A DNA stretch of 64,000 nucleotides from Neodothiora populina (lineage: Eukaryota). The first letter of the stretch is position 1. Each line of letters begins with the position of its first letter. Below are positions 11,726 through 22,397 of the stretch, one piece after another. The stretch lies in NCBI RefSeq assembly GCF_041146345.1, contig NW_027191408.1:1302001-1366000 (forward strand), given 5' to 3'. A program made the translations under genes and the position numbers. The notes beneath the pieces were generated by a model. That model searched no databases, was not told the origin of the DNA, and was given only the letters and a program-made list of their open reading frames with translations.

Positions 11726-13001
11726 ATGCCGCGCATTCCAGACAAGGCGCAGACCGAAGGTTCTTCATCCTTCGATCCAGACATGTATCTCGAAAATTGG
11801 GGTGACGAGGCTCTACAACCACTGTATAACAACAACTTCCGCGCATTCATCGGGACCACGTTTGGTTTAAAGCCATCAGATACCTATGGCTACAAGGCTA
11901 CATCAGAAGTGACTCTTCTTCAAGCACAAACTTATCTGGAGTATGGAGGACAAGGTGGCCTCCACGGCTGGTATAAGGACGCAGAAGGGCAACTTGTATG
12001 TTCCCTCTTCTTTGCTAGACGTCTAACAGCATGCTCATGTGCGCAGCACGTCTGATCAACAAGTAACATGCCGACCAACTCGTCTCTAGTTACCACCTCC
12101 TCCAGCTGTGGATATAGCTGCATACACTGACATGTTTCGTTCGACAACATCGACGCCTAAGGCCTTGACAGCACTAAAATCCAACGCCAAGAAGGGAGCG
12201 ATACGTGAATCCGTCGCTGAACATCTGAACTCACTCTACTCGCCTCCACCAGCGGACTTGAAGGTAGTCATCCCAAAGCTAAAAAAGGAGCACGTCAATC
12301 CATACCTTGATGTATGGGCCTGGACCAATCAGAATCTTGAATGGGCTGGCCCCGTGTCCGGTACCAAGGAGATCCGCATCTCGCACGCTCTGCTACCGGT
12401 TCTCTATCACCACTTTGGGTGTGTCGTACCTACTCACGAAGCATTGTGTGTCATCCAACAGATTAGCAATGGCCGCACGATACTAGACCTGGGCAGTGGC
12501 AATGGCTACTGGACCTTGATGATGCGAAACTTCGAAGGGCTTTCCGGAAAGAAGAAAATGACCGTGATTCCAGTTGACAATGGACTTAGCGAGTGGAGGA
12601 CCATGTGGATAGGGGATACCGTCACTAGTGATGGTGTCAAGTATCTCCAGCAAGACCAGGGAGCCAAGGACAAGGTTCTGCTACTTGTCTATCCGCAAGT
12701 CAGCGATGACTTCACGGGCAAGATTCTAAAGGCTTACAGTACGTTCCTCTGCTCCTCAGTGTCACATACTTTTCGTGTGCTGGCAAGTGCAACCGCTGAC
12801 TCAAGAATAGAGGGTGATACGATAATATGTGCGGGTACGCAAAATGCGAACGGCTTCACTGGCTTCGCCAAAGAGACAATCGCAGAATGGATGGCGAGAG
12901 AACAGCCGCAGTACAGCAAAACATGTCAGATACCCCTACCTAGTTTTGCTGCGAAGGACGAAGCGCTGTTCGTATTTCACAAGGACAGAGATACCGCATA
13001 G
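11726..13001 (+). CDS. Fungal class I SAM-dependent methyltransferase-like protein, 3 exons (introns 11996-12089, 12739-12810)
   Basis: Motif I ILDLGSGNGYW. Both introns are GT..AG and restore the frame. Confidence 0.8.
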
Positions 13002-13923
13002 TCCGATGATATAGAGCGTTCCGTAGCTTCGATATGAATATGTTTTAACTTGTGGGAAATGCCTCTTTTCTGAAGTCAGGGTCCATTTCGGCGCTTTGGA
13101 GGCATCACTCCTGCCGTCTGCATGTATAGCCTTCCCAGAAAGCCGCAGATCCCGATAACTTGATTATCCTGACACGGTAGCTCGACCTTGACAGACAGTG
13201 ACTTCTTACAATTTTGCCAGATTGTGTATATTGCGTTGAGCAAGGATCATGCATATTGACGTGCTTGACGATGTGTCCCTGGTCGGACCTAAGGCCATGT
13301 CCATCCAATGCGGGGTAGCTCCCTGTCAAGCAATTCTGCGCCAGGTCTACTTCACCTTGGCAAATGCTTATGGGGTGTGATCTTCAGTCAAGCAGGCGAT
13401 TGGGTTTTGTTCAATCAAGCCCATGAATGTATGCACGACAGAGAAGTATCCTATCCTCGTCATTATGCAGCAAGATAGACCATCTAGTGTCCTGCGTACC
13501 TGCTTTTTTCCAAAGGTCAATCGCACGCTGCTTCTGCATCGGGAATCGAGTTGAGGTCGCTTTAGATAATGCTGAAGTGAATCGTCAGGCCGGACCATCT
13601 CTGCATAGCACTCTATTCATCACCTCATCACAAGCAGTTGTCAGTCTACAGTTATTGCAGGGTTTCGCTCGTGTCCCATGCATCCATCTCGTATCCACTC
13701 CTTCGGCACTATATTGTCACATCCGTTAATCGCTATCAAGCAAGCTTCACCATTATCTCCGTTCCTTCGACAGCTTTAGGCAGGAGGTTCGAGTCCGCTG
13801 CAGATCTTTCGTGTCATGCATGAACCATGTTATTGAGGCGATAAAAGCCACGCGAGTGCCATGCCATACCACTGTGACCTGTTGCTTTCTTACTCCTCGG
13901 CAACTTAAGCAAAAGCATTCAAA

Positions 13924-16147
13924 ATGCTGTTCTGTGCCTTGCTCGCAGGCCTGGTAGCGACGACTTATGCCACTCCGTTGGACATACCTTCACTTCTCGA
14001 GAGAAGCAAGAATGGAGTGCAGCGTAGACAGAGTGCCGTGGCATATGATGCTCATATAATTGATATGCCAGTTCGTGTTCCGATTGGATCCAAGAACAAG
14101 ATCGTACTGAGATTTTTCTTCAGATAGACCATTTCCCGAACAGCCCGCAGTACAAGCCTCACGCCAACGGAACCTTCAAGCAACGGTACTATTTCGATAG
14201 TACATACTACAAGCCAGGTGGTCCTGTGTACCTGTACATAGGTGGTGAGACCAGCGGTCCTAGTCGATTCAGTAACTTGCAAACCGGAAGTATGACGATC
14301 TCGTCCTTGTGGTTTACATGTGAGCCAAGCTGATGATACGCCAGTCATCCAGATCCTCATGGAGGCTACCAATGGACTTGGCGTCATCCTCGAGAACAGA
14401 TACTATGGCGAAAGCTACCCCTTTAATATCAGTACTACTGATAATATGGTCTATCTCAGTAACGAACAGAGTGAGCATGTGTGCTATCTACTAGCAGTAC
14501 AGTGACTGATCATTTGTACAGCAATTGCCGACAATGCCTATTTTGCTCAGCACGCCGTGTTCCCTGGTGCCAATGCAAGTCTTAATGCGCCCGACACGCC
14601 CTGGATTTTGTACGGTGGAAGTCTGGCGGGCGCTCAGACTGCCTTCTCCATCAAGCAGTATCCGGATCTTTTGTATGGCGGAATCGCGAGTAGTGGCACC
14701 ACACATGCCGTGGTGACATATCCGGAATGGTATGTGTTCAAGTCCCTAGTCCTCAACTATGTAGCTAAGTGAAGACTCAGGTATAAACCAATCCAGAAAT
14801 ACGCGCCTCAGGACTGCGTCTCTAGCATTAATGCTATCGTCGACAAAATCGATCATGTCTTTGCTTCCAAAGATCGAGCGGCCATCAACAAGATGAAGGC
14901 GCTGTTCGGATTGGAAAGCTTGGTTGACGACAGAGACTTTGCACAGACGATTGCCTTCCCGCGTACGATAAACTCATCTACGATAGGAGAAAAGCATGCT
15001 GACCATCGGATAGTTGGTGGACCCATGTTCTACCCAACAAGCACATGGCAGGAATTGAACTGGTCTCCTCTATTTGGTTCAAACGACTTTTTCGATTTCT
15101 GCGGTAATGTCACTAAGATAGACGCACCTGCGAATGTCACAACAGTTGACAAGGTCCTTGCCAACTACACACAAGGCCAGGCCTGGACCAATCTGGGCAA
15201 CTACGCCAAGTATATCAAGGACACTCTTCTGCCTGGGTGTCCAGATGGAGACTACGCCAACACTGCCTGCTTTGGTACTCAGAATGGTGAGTAGATCAAT
15301 CACATCGATCTCTTGATGATCTTTGACTAGAACCACCTCACAGCTTCCTACTGGGCCGACACCTCAAACACAGACGATAGATCCTACATGTGGACCTGTA
15401 AGTCACACTCCAAAGTCCATGTGACGCATGCAACCACCCCACTGACACTTGAACTAGCTTGTACCGAACAAGGCACATGGATAGAAGCACCCAAGAGTGG
15501 CCCGTCGTTGATCTCCAGAGTCTTGCAAGCCAACTACACGTAAGACACAGATTCATTCAGGGAAATCTCGACTCAGCTAACCCAACCTCCAGACAGCAAT
15601 GGTGTACATGGAGTTTCCCACCAGGCAACTACAGCAGCATCCCGGCCTACCCAGACACATCGAAATGGAACAAGTTCGGCGGGTTAAGCGTCGAAGCGGA
15701 TAGACTGGCCCACATCGATGGAAGTTCGTAGCAAACCACCCCCTCTCACAGCATGCAAATCACCCACCTCACGCACAAGTTATACTAACAAATGACTCCA
15801 AAAAGACATCGACCCCTGGCTAGACATCTGCTACCATTCGACCTACGCGCCCCCACGCTACTCATCAGACCTGAAGCCGGAGTATCTCATCACGGGCGCA
15901 GGCCACCACTGGGACAGCTATGGCATTTTGGACGTCCCTGCCGAACCGCAGTTCATTCGCGAGACTCATCTGTTCGAGATCCGCACTGTTAAGAAGTGGT
16001 TGAGGGAGTTTCCTGGGTGGAAAGGTATGTGACTCCTTTTTTTTATCTCTGTTTTCTCTCCTCGGGTTGCGTATGGAAAGGTGTTTTCATGTGTGTGCTG
16101 ACTGCTTTTGCTTTCCAATAGCAAAGTCCAAACGGGATGAATTGTAA
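13924..16147 (+). CDS. Serine peptidase family S28 (secretory pathway), about 11 exons
   Basis: Signal peptide MLFCALLAGLVATTYA; IDHF, YKPGGPVYLYIGGE, LENRYYGES, nucleophile motif YGGSLAG, DPW, and GAGHHWD (His). About ten canonical introns; the terminal exon encodes KSKRDEL*. Confidence 0.9.
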
Positions 16148-16742
16148 CGCACGTGTATCGGCTTAAGGTGAATGATCGATACTAGTACAGTGTATCTTAC
16201 ATGCGGACAGCTAGACCAGAGTATATGTCGCTATGTCAGGGGAAGATAGAAAACTGTCCTATCGTACTTTCAACGACGTCTCGAGTCTCGAAGTGGTCTG
16301 TTATGTCCCATGTGACAGCTGACCAAGCTGTCTGTCCTATTAATGCTATATGAACAGCTCAGACAAGGGATTGTTCATCGATATATTGTGATACCGCCTA
16401 TATACCTGACGAGAAACAAATAAGAACTCCCCCTTAGCTATAGAATGCCATCGAAGTGACCTGAACACCAGAAACGCCACGCTATAAACAACGTCCAGAG
16501 GGGACATATATGGGGGGTAGTTAGAACAAAGAGAATAGAAACAAAAGAAAGTTGGAGAAAAAAAAAGAGCCCCGAGAAACTGCTCAGCAGCTTTCTTCAA
16601 TCCGCCCAAAAATGCCCCTCAGGTATGCAGCCCACCGCTCCTGTGCAAAGAAGCAATTGTGTCAGCCGCCCACTCTCTGGTCTCAAATGGAAAACAATTG
16701 CGCCTTCGGTTCGCCCAAGTCCACAATTTCCTTCCACCGCGG

Positions 16743-18818
16743 TCAATCCGTTCCATTTCCCACATAAGCTCCCCTGAAGTCCATTGCTTGAATCTGAGAC
16801 TGCAAGGAGTCAATTTCGCGATCCAAGTCCTCCACGTTCCCAGTTAATGCAGCCATCTCATCAAACTTCCGCCTTTTGTTCGCGTCAGCTATCATCTCCT
16901 GTACGAAGAACTTTTGCTCTTCTAACACGATCAACCGCTCATTCAATTCTTTCTCCTCCTTCTCCAAGGCAGTGATCTGCTGTGAGCTGGAAGCGCTGGA
17001 GGCACGGCTTGGTGAGTCTGGACGATTTGTACCTGCCCCTGCTTCTGCTTTGATTTGCGCAAGTGGGCTGCCACTGTTCGTTCGCGAAACCGAGCCGCTG
17101 CCGTTCGGTATTCGCGACGAAGGCAGCCCGTGTGGGGAAGCGTGCTTCATGATCTTCGGCAGTGATTTGAGGGGCAGCATATGTAGATGCAAGAAATTCG
17201 TGGCCTGTGCATATACGGCTTTTTGTAGTTTCTCCTGTGCCACGCAATCGTTGGTTGGTAAGTCTCGGATACGGCGAGCGGCAACGTCGTACTGAGTAAA
17301 AGCATCGATGAGCCTGCGGCGCACCTTCTGCGCATCGGCGAGTTGTGCCGAAGTTGGTGGTTTGTCCGGATCCTGGAGCGCGGCAAGAAGCCTTTGGAAC
17401 TTGGGTAGTAACAGTCGAATGCCACGTTCGAATTGAACAAGATTCTCGTATGCGCGTTGGTCGGCCGGCTTGACAGCCAGAGCCCGGTCAAAGTCAGACT
17501 TGCTGAAGATTGTGTGCTGACAGTCCTTGCACATGCGAACATCGACAGCGGCGTTACCAAGTTCCTTCTCTGAGCCATTGTCAGTCACTGTAGGCATTAG
17601 TATAATTGATGCGGGTACGAAATGACAAAGTAACATACCCGTCTTTACGTTGAGAGCAACTTCTGCTGAGCACGCGGTCATAGGATCTCCACAGACCACT
17701 CTACCACAGGTGCGGCAATGATGTCGTCTGAATGAATATTGAGAAAAAGACTGCTGGCAGAACGGGCAGTGTGAAACATGAGAATCATCCTCCCATGTTA
17801 CTATAGACTGTTCCAGACTTCGAATGCGATCTTTCGAGCCTGCAAGTGACCATAGATAGCTGCGTGCACTTTGATCTGGTGGCGGGGGCGGGGGGTTGGC
17901 CAATAATTGCGTGATTCTGGACAATCTCTTTTCGAGCCTACTGACTTCGAGGTATGCTTTGTCAACAGTGCGTCTGCGGACCTTTGTGAATTCGGCTGTA
18001 TGGTCTCGCTCAAAAGCATGATCATTGTAGCCTTCACGACTCTTGTAACACGTCTCGCACACCCTACACCAGTATCCTCGAACCGGCTCGTGTTGTGCCG
18101 ATCTCGACAATTTCATCTGGTACATGGTATGCTCCTCGCAGAAAAGCTTTCCACAATGCCGGCAATTCACATCTCCATTCACACCGCCGAGTCGCTTACC
18201 GCACAACGGATCTGAACAGGAATCATGTCCAGTGTGTCGTTGCCAATGAGACTTAGTCACGGCGTCGTCAGGATCGACAACCTTTGATTCTACATGCACC
18301 GGCGGTGCTTGGCTCTGTATGCCACTCCTGGATGGTGTAGAAGACAGGGGTGGCGGAGATGCATTAGACTCGAAAACGTCTAATCCTTTCAGTTTCTGGT
18401 TCAGCAGAGCTAGAGGTTGGAACTTCTTGGCCTTTTTGATTTGCTCTTCAAACCAGTCTTTGACTTCGTCCTGCTCAGCCTCTTGCAAGTTCTGATGATT
18501 ATCGTCGAGATGTCTGTTCAGCTGAAGAAGTGTCACCATTTCTTCGTTGCATATTGGACACATGAGCCTGGAGCTGGCCGAGGCAGCTGCGGAAGGGCCG
18601 TGATCATCTAGGGCGACTCGGGATGCGAGATCCTCGGTCTCGGAAGATATGGGTGTTGTCGACGTCTGTGAACTCAACGACACAGAGCTCTCGGATGGGG
18701 AAAGAAGGCTCGTATTTCGCGTATGGACGTTTCCGGCAGTTGCGACTGCCATGGAAGGAGACAGCGACTTGCCGCTTCCCAGAATCCGACCACCACCCAG
18801 TGACCTGCGCGACGCCAT
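16743..18818 (-). CDS. PEP7: Vacuolar segregation protein Pep7/Vac1 (rabenosyn-like: C2H2 finger, FYVE-type fingers, C-terminal coiled coil); probable in-frame intron 17588-17638
   Basis: CPICNEEMVTLLQLNRHLDDNH; FYVE motifs WEDD and RRHHCRTCGRVVC; C-terminal LEEQKFFV..MIADANKRRKFDE. Confidence 0.93.
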   Translation of the reverse strand: MASRRSLGGGRILGSGKSLSPSMAVATAGNVHTRNTSLLSPSESSVSLSSQTSTTPISSETEDLASRVALDDHGPSAAASASSRLMCPICNEEMVTLLQLNRHLDDNHQNLQEAEQDEVKDWFEEQIKKAKKFQPLALLNQKLKGLDVFESNASPPPLSSTPSRSGIQSQAPPVHVESKVVDPDDAVTKSHWQRHTGHDSCSDPLCGKRLGGVNGDVNCRHCGKLFCEEHTMYQMKLSRSAQHEPVRGYWCRVCETCYKSREGYNDHAFERDHTAEFTKVRRRTVDKAYLEVSRLEKRLSRITQLLANPPPPPPDQSARSYLWSLAGSKDRIRSLEQSIVTWEDDSHVSHCPFCQQSFSQYSFRRHHCRTCGRVVCGDPMTACSAEVALNVKTGMLLCHFVPASIILMPTVTDNGSEKELGNAAVDVRMCKDCQHTIFSKSDFDRALAVKPADQRAYENLVQFERGIRLLLPKFQRLLAALQDPDKPPTSAQLADAQKVRRRLIDAFTQYDVAARRIRDLPTNDCVAQEKLQKAVYAQATNFLHLHMLPLKSLPKIMKHASPHGLPSSRIPNGSGSVSRTNSGSPLAQIKAEAGAGTNRPDSPSRASSASSSQQITALEKEEKELNERLIVLEEQKFFVQEMIADANKRRKFDEMAALTGNVEDLDREIDSLQSQIQAMDFRGAYVGNGTD

Positions 18819-19391
18819 GTTGACTTCGGTTTCTCTCTAAATAATGGTCGTGTTTATTGTTTTAAGCTCTGTCGGCAATAAGCCGACTGGCTCTTTGGTC
18901 AAAACGAAAAGACACAGAAGGCGGATCATGTGCGTAGTCTCATTTGTGTGATCGGCGGTCGGTCAGCTACACAGTATGGACTCCGTCTGCCTTCGAGTGG
19001 GAGAGAAGACCGAGGGGCTTCGATGTCACCACCGGAGATTTGCTTGGCATCACCGAGCGCGCCACTTATCTGAACATGAATCACGATCGCTGTGGTTGCC
19101 TGGAAATGACATGACAGATCCGCTCGTCAGCGCATGCTTCAGTATGTAACCGTTCAATATATGGACTTAAGTGATGTGCTCTAACTAAATACAAATTATT
19201 CTTCGGTCTACCTTGAGTTTCTTGATGGAAAGGCCGCCAAGATGGCAGCCGCGGAGATAATCAATGACGTCCGAGCCCTCCATCTTCTGAGGAAATGTCA
19301 AGCTTATCGCAGATATGAATTACTCACATGTTGATATTTCGTATCATCCAGCGGACATTATCCATTCAAATCGTAGTGTGACCTGTGCGAT

Positions 19392-20283
19392 ATGGGTAAA
19401 TTCGAAGACATCGAGGGTGGCGGTTCTCTCATCCTCGCCTGGCAGATCCGGAACAAGAAGGTGCTACTCATTGGTGGAGGAGAGGTAAGTACGATCGTGG
19501 CCAATATCAATACATATTCTTCACCCATACCAACGTACGTTTCCAGGTCGCCGCCGGTCGCATTGTCAAGCTCCTCGTTGCAGATGCCAAGGTCACAGTC
19601 ATCTGTCCCAATGAGGGTCTCAATGAGGAGGTGCGGTATCGCATAGAGAAAGGTCAGACCGAATACCACGACCGTAAATTTGAGCCTTCCGACCTGGACG
19701 ATCCAGCAATTGCTATGGTTCTCACCGCAATTGACGATCCTGAAGCATCAACTCAAATCTGGAAATTGTGTAAAGAGAAAAGAATCAACGCCAACATTGC
19801 TGATGTCCCGCCTGAATGTGACTTCTACTTTGGAAGTGAGTTTCGAGATGGGCCATTGCAGATCATGGTCAGCACAAATGGAAATGGGCCCAAAATTGCA
19901 AACATCATCAGGAGAAAAATCGAAGCAACTCTGCCGGCTAACATCGGCGACACCATCAAAAAGGTTGGAGCTTTACGGAAGAAGTTGCGACAGGTCGCCC
20001 CAGGCAATGAGGAGGGTCCGAAGAGGATGAAGTGGTAAGATCTTGGTCTTGTCTGACACCATTTGACCTACACAACTAACCATTGTCAAATAGGATGATC
20101 GGAGTCTGCTCCAGCTGGAGCCTAGAAGAGCTTTGTTCGATGACCGATGACGATATGGACAACCTATTACGCTCATATGGCCCGAACATCACCCCCAGCT
20201 ATGAGCAGGTGCGGTCAATGGCTGGTGATGAAGACCCAAACGTGGTCTGGACGTTCGATGGATCCTTTGGATGGGCTATTTGA
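19392..20283 (+). CDS. MET8: Siroheme biosynthesis precorrin-2 dehydrogenase/ferrochelatase, 3 exons
   Basis: GGSLILAWQIRNKKVLLIGGGEVAAGR, NIADVPPECDFYF, STNGNGP. Introns at 19485-19546 and about 20035-20093. Confidence 0.93.
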
Positions 20284-20602
20284 GTGATATACATTTTTAC
20301 TTATCACTGCTTGGGTAGTTGGAGTTTGCTTGGTTGGGAGGCTATATATTCGGATTAAGATACCTTATCACATTGTAAACTTCATTAACATTTATGAGTA
20401 AAGTGAAGTGTAGTCCAAATAACACATCTGGAGTGTACTTTCACTTGCATGTCTTTCCTGGGGTGTAATTTTAGTAGGTGGATGTTGTGCCAATCGCAGG
20501 TTCATGTACAAAGCAATTACACTGCTTTCTCCAGACTTCACCACACTAATTTAAGCGCTCATTACGACAGTCACATCTCCCACCGTCCTGCACATTCGAA
20601 CT

Positions 20603-22397
20603 ATGGAATCACAGGACTATGATGGAGGTGTTGACTTCGCAGAGCTCGCACGCGTCGATCCAGCTTTCGCGAGAATTTATCACAAAGATAATAACAATGT
20701 CGATTTCCAAGATCCTCTTACACTGCAGTGAGCTTCTGACATACCCTGGAACCACTGCAACCATTACTGATGTATTCAGGGCATTGACGAAAGCAATCCT
20801 AAAGAGGGAATTTGATTTGTCTATTGAGCTTCCGTCTGATAGACTTTGTCCACCAGTAAGTCAGGTTGGTTGGTGTCAAGGTTGTTTGACGGAGCTGATT
20901 TTCTGCCTTACAGGTTCCAATCAGGTAAGAAAGACTCCAAGCCTTGTTATCTCCACTCCGACAGGATTTCTGATATACGCTCTCTCTTTGGCGTCCTGAG
21001 ATGGCGGCTAAGATCATCCATTGGGAGAGCGTTGTCTTCATTCCTGAGTAGCACAACTTTGCGTTATCGGACAGGTCATGCTCCTGCGCCACCGAAAGCG
21101 TTCTGTCGGCCAGACTTGTTTCTCACAGATTCTATAGATATAGCTATATTCGATGGATGCAGTCCCTCGTCGACTCTACTGGTACCAAGGTTTTGTCTGA
21201 TGAACATGATCCCAATCGAAAGGTCACGGGCCTCGATGTGTAAGGCATCCTCAAGTAGCTTTCTTTTCCACAAGTTTAACTAATCCTCCCCAGTGGCACC
21301 GGCGCCAGCGCTATATACGCGCTCCTGGCTACCTCTAGCCGTACAAACTGGGACATGCATGCCACAGACATTGACGACCATTCCTTGACTTACGCGGAAA
21401 AGAATATAGCACTTAACAACCTCCAAGCTCGGATCACTTTACATCGTATGGCACAAGATGATCCCTTGATTCCATTAGGTAAACTAAATGTCGAGACGAT
21501 TGACTTCACTATGTGCAATCCACCTTTCTACACTAGCGCGGACGATCTCTATAACTCTTTGAACAACAAGCAGGCAAGGCCTAGTGCTGTATGTACTGGT
21601 GCCGAGGTGGAGATGATTTGCGAGGGCGGCGATTTAGGATTCGTCATGCGTATGGTGGAAGAAAGTCTTGTGCTCAGATCTCGTGTGCAGTGGTACTCGA
21701 GCATGTTCGGCAAGAAAGAGTCACTCTTTGCTGTTGTCGATAGGCTCAAGGAAGTAGGTATCGACAACTGGGCTGTCTCTTGCCTCCAGGCGGGTAACAG
21801 AACTCGACGCTGGGCACTCGCATGGAGCTTCCGTGATCGCAGACCAAGTTGGGTAAGTTATGGTCGGCCCCTGTCAGCGCCTCTTTTTTGACGAGTGTAA
21901 AGAACGCGACCAAAAACAACACCATCTCTACCGTCCTGAACCCTAGGCCTACTGAGCAGACGATTCCTATTTTCAAATTATCAATTGAGCTGGCAGTCGA
22001 AATGCTTGACCAGATCCTCTTGCCTCTTGATGTTTCCTGGAAGTGGGACTCGAATATACGCAGTGGTCATGGTAGAACAACAGGTAATGTATGGTCTAGA
22101 GCGGCAAGACGTGGTTTGAAACGCAAGAGAAACCAAGATGATACTGGCAATACTGGACCGCAAGCCGCTCGAAGCACACACGATGAAGATAACACAGTCA
22201 GAGAAGGATTTCATGCAGTGGACGACGAGGTTGCTTTGGCTTTCCGGATCTCTGTTTCCGTTGAACCCAAAGGTCAGGAGTTCGTTCTTCGTTGGCTGCG
22301 TGGTCAAGATTGGACTCTATTCGAGAGCTTCACGGGCATGCTGAAACGATCATTGCGAGAAAAGGCGTCCAATAGGCGCATTTCACAAGATAATTAG
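20603..22397 (+). CDS. METTL16/RlmF-like (DUF890) RNA adenine-N6 methyltransferase, 6 exons including an 11-nt microexon (20914-20924)
   Basis: The spliced product reads VDFAELA...LTKAILKREFDL...DRLCPPVPIRYSYIRW...GLDVGTGASAIY...ATDID...FTMCNPPFY...GGDLGFV..WYSSMFGK...TRRWALAWSF, typical of the METTL16 family. Confidence 0.9.

Noticed and set aside
13786..13796. B-box-like GGTTCGAGTCC suggesting a tRNA
   Set aside because: No T-stem, acceptor stem or anticodon arm can be formed around it.
20991..21100. TPP riboswitch or hammerhead ribozyme in the METTL16-like intron (CTGAGA and GAAA present)
   Set aside because: The remaining conserved cores are absent (TPP: CUGAU..UAAU..GCG.AGG; hammerhead: CUGANGA).
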